Part shown: positions 61,700-64,000 of the stretch, piece after piece
Position numbering within the stretch: the stretch's first letter is position 1
How the letters are laid out: the number at the start of each line of letters is the position of its first letter
Assembly (NCBI GenBank): GCA_002269645.1
Contig: NIVC01000197.1
Coordinates: 496,001-560,000 of the forward strand
DNA: 64,000 bases
Reading direction: 5' to 3'
Origin: Macrostomum lignano
Taxonomy: Eukaryota
The notes under the pieces: model-generated
Database searches by the model: none
What the model saw: only the letters and a program-made list of their open reading frames with translations
Told to the model about the DNA's origin: nothing
Translations under genes and position numbers: made by a program

Positions 61700-62470
61700 A
61701 GTGCCTGTGGCATGAAATTAGTGCCTGTGGCACATACGTGCGCAACCTTGGGAATCACCCAGCCGTTTCTATTGGCAACACACACATGTAAGTCGCTATT
61801 GGCTGAGAGCAGTCACGTGACTACTTTTCTGTCCAATAGCGACATACATGTGTGTGTTGCCAATAGAAACGGCCGAGTGAATCCCAAGGTTGCGCCCAAG
61901 CATGCTGTGGCATGAAATAAGTGCCTGTGGCCCAAAATGAGTGCCTGTGGCATGAAATTAGTGCCTGTGGCATGAAATAAGTGCCTGTGGCCCAAAATGA
62001 GTGCCTGTGGCAACAAATGAGTGCCTGTGGCATCAAATGAGTGCCTGTGGCATGAAATTAGTGCCTGTGGCATGAAATAAGTGCCTGTGGCCCAAAATAA
62101 GTGCCTGTGGCATGAAATAAGTGCCTGTGGCCCAAAATAAGTGCCTGTGGCATGAAATAAGTGCCTGTGGCATCAAATGAGTGCCTGTGGCATCAAATGA
62201 GTGCCTGTGGCATCAAATGAGTGCCTGTGCTACCAAAATGAGTGCCTGTGGCATCAAATGAGTGCCTGTGGCATGAAATTAGTGCCTGTGGCATGAAATA
62301 AGTGCCTGTGGCCCAAAATAAGTGCCTGTGGCATGAAATAAGTGCCTGTGGCCCAAAATAAGTGCCTGTGGCATGAAATAAGTGCCTGTGGCATCAAATG
62401 AGTGCCTGTGGCATCAAATGAGTGCCTGTGGCATCAAATGAGTGCCTGTGCTACCAAAATGAGTGCCTAT
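61700..62470. repeat. Minisatellite, 19-20-bp unit gtgcctgtggcatgaaataa and variants
   Basis: Tandem copies upstream of ECH, interrupted by a MITE. Confidence 0.95.
61733..61904. mobile_element. 172-bp palindromic MITE, CAT...ATG termini, 8-bp TSD
   Basis: Arms catacgtgcgcaaccttggga... / ...tcccaaggttgcgcccaagcatg with TSD ctgtggca (61725-61732, 61905-61912). Confidence 0.88.
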
Positions 62471-63950
62471 AATGCCAAAATAAGTGTCTATAGAAAAATG
62501 AGTGCTAATAGGCAACACTGACTTCCAAAAAAATGCAGGAATTTGGCCTTGCAGAATTCTTTTCTTTGTCCTTTCTACTGCAAAATTCATGGCAACACTA
62601 CTAATTTAGAGTTATATTAAAGCTTTACTCTTATACAATACCTATATCTGCCAGCATATCTAGTATATCCAATATGAATGGATACCACTGGCAAATGGGT
62701 ATTTTTACATTACAGCCATGGGAAATGATAATATATATTGGCTAAACATTAGTGCAATATAAAAGTACTCATTTTCTATAGCAACAATGCAATATCAATA
62801 AATGCCAAAAATATTGGTCAATCTTGCAAATATTAAATTGCTATATAGAATTATATAAGAATAGACAAAAATTTTTATATCTAGCAATAATATTATAATA
62901 TCTACTAAAATTACTAAAATTCATGGAACTAAAGCTAGGTTTAGAGTGCAATTTATAAATTTTAGTTAATTAGTCTAAATTTTAGACATTTGTTTATTTA
63001 TAATAATATTATTATTTATATTATGAAATAAAATTAGCTTTAATTGGGACAAGGAAAATGATGAGTTCAAATAACAAAGCTTTCTAATGATGTCTTTGAT
63101 TTTAAGCATATATATAGACAAAATCTATTACATTTATGTTATGTTATTAATATTAATATGATATCTTATTATATTCAAGCATATAAAGCTAAAACTGTTT
63201 TAGTTTATTCTCTGGGCAAAATAATGATAACAAAGCAAAAAATTATTGCACTGAATTGTCAATTGGTAAGAGTTTGAAGGGTAAGACTAGAAGCAAGGAG
63301 CATATAAGTTAGGATATTAATTCCTTAATATATTAATACATTACTTATCTATGTATAGACTTTTTCCATTGAATACCTAACCAGTTACACTGTTGAGTTT
63401 TTAAAGCTAAGGGGTCTATATTATATTAGTCATCCATATTTTAAATTGAGTTATACTTCTCAAAATCAAGAATATATCAATTTGTAATAATAGATGTTTA
63501 ATAAACTGACTATTTAGATATTACAATTAGATAGATAATAACGTATAGCAGAATCTATATAGCGTACGACTAAATGAATCACTCATCTGTTCTTAATAAT
63601 TTAATTATCTATAATAAAAGTTGGGTGAGTCCATTGACCATGTCGACGACGTTTCATTAGCGAGCTGTCATCTGAACATTTAGATTTACAAACTTTCTTG
63701 GAAAATTTCTAGTTCAAATATCGAATCGTTAGTAAACTTTAAAAACGCATGAAAAATAGTCTAATAGTTTTGAATCTACACCATTGATTTCCTATTACGA
63801 ATTTACAAGATTTTTTATTTGCGGGATTTCTGTGTCTAAAATTTCGTATAATTCGTATATATACTGTGCATGACAAACTGTCTCTAATTCCAGGCTATTT
63901 CGAAAATGTAAGCTAGCAAATCGGTGTTTTATCCAGACGTAACGCCGAGA

Positions 63951-63990
63951 CAAGGACTTCTAGACTAGCTAGCTAGTCTAGAAGTCCTTG
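63951..63990. mobile_element. 40-bp perfect palindrome between 8-bp TSDs (P-type micro-element or excision footprint)
   Basis: caaggacttctagactagctagctagtctagaagtccttg equals its own reverse complement and is flanked by cgccgaga at 63943-63950 and 63991-63998. Confidence 0.85.
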
Positions 63991-64000
63991 CGCCGAGACC

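Overview
This is eukaryotic (animal) genomic DNA with GC-rich exons, AT-rich introns and spacers, and many intronic minisatellites. That architecture suggests a free-living flatworm such as Macrostomum (inference only). The genes resolved by hand-splicing are two tandem ORFs sharing an unrecognised ~75-aa domain, TDP2, iodotyrosine deiodinase (with a frame problem), an R12-like RGS protein, GRASP55/65, a caspase domain, a disordered protein with a Cys/Gly-rich tail, mitochondrial TrpRS and a bacterial-type enoyl-CoA hydratase. The spacers hold many transposon relics with readable termini and target-site duplications (TSDs). The most unusual are: (i) a dispersed non-autonomous DNA transposon carrying the 28S rRNA H69-H71 segment, i.e. 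the R2/I-PpoI target region; (ii) a 40-bp perfect palindrome between 8-bp TSDs that fits a P-element 17+17 excision footprint; (iii) a four-level nested transposon stack whose insertion order can be reconstructed; (iv) an RTE retrotransposon embedded in a complex (GT/GTCT) microsatellite; and (v) a Penelope remnant with a hammerhead motif. All family assignments come from motif recognition by eye; no database search was run.
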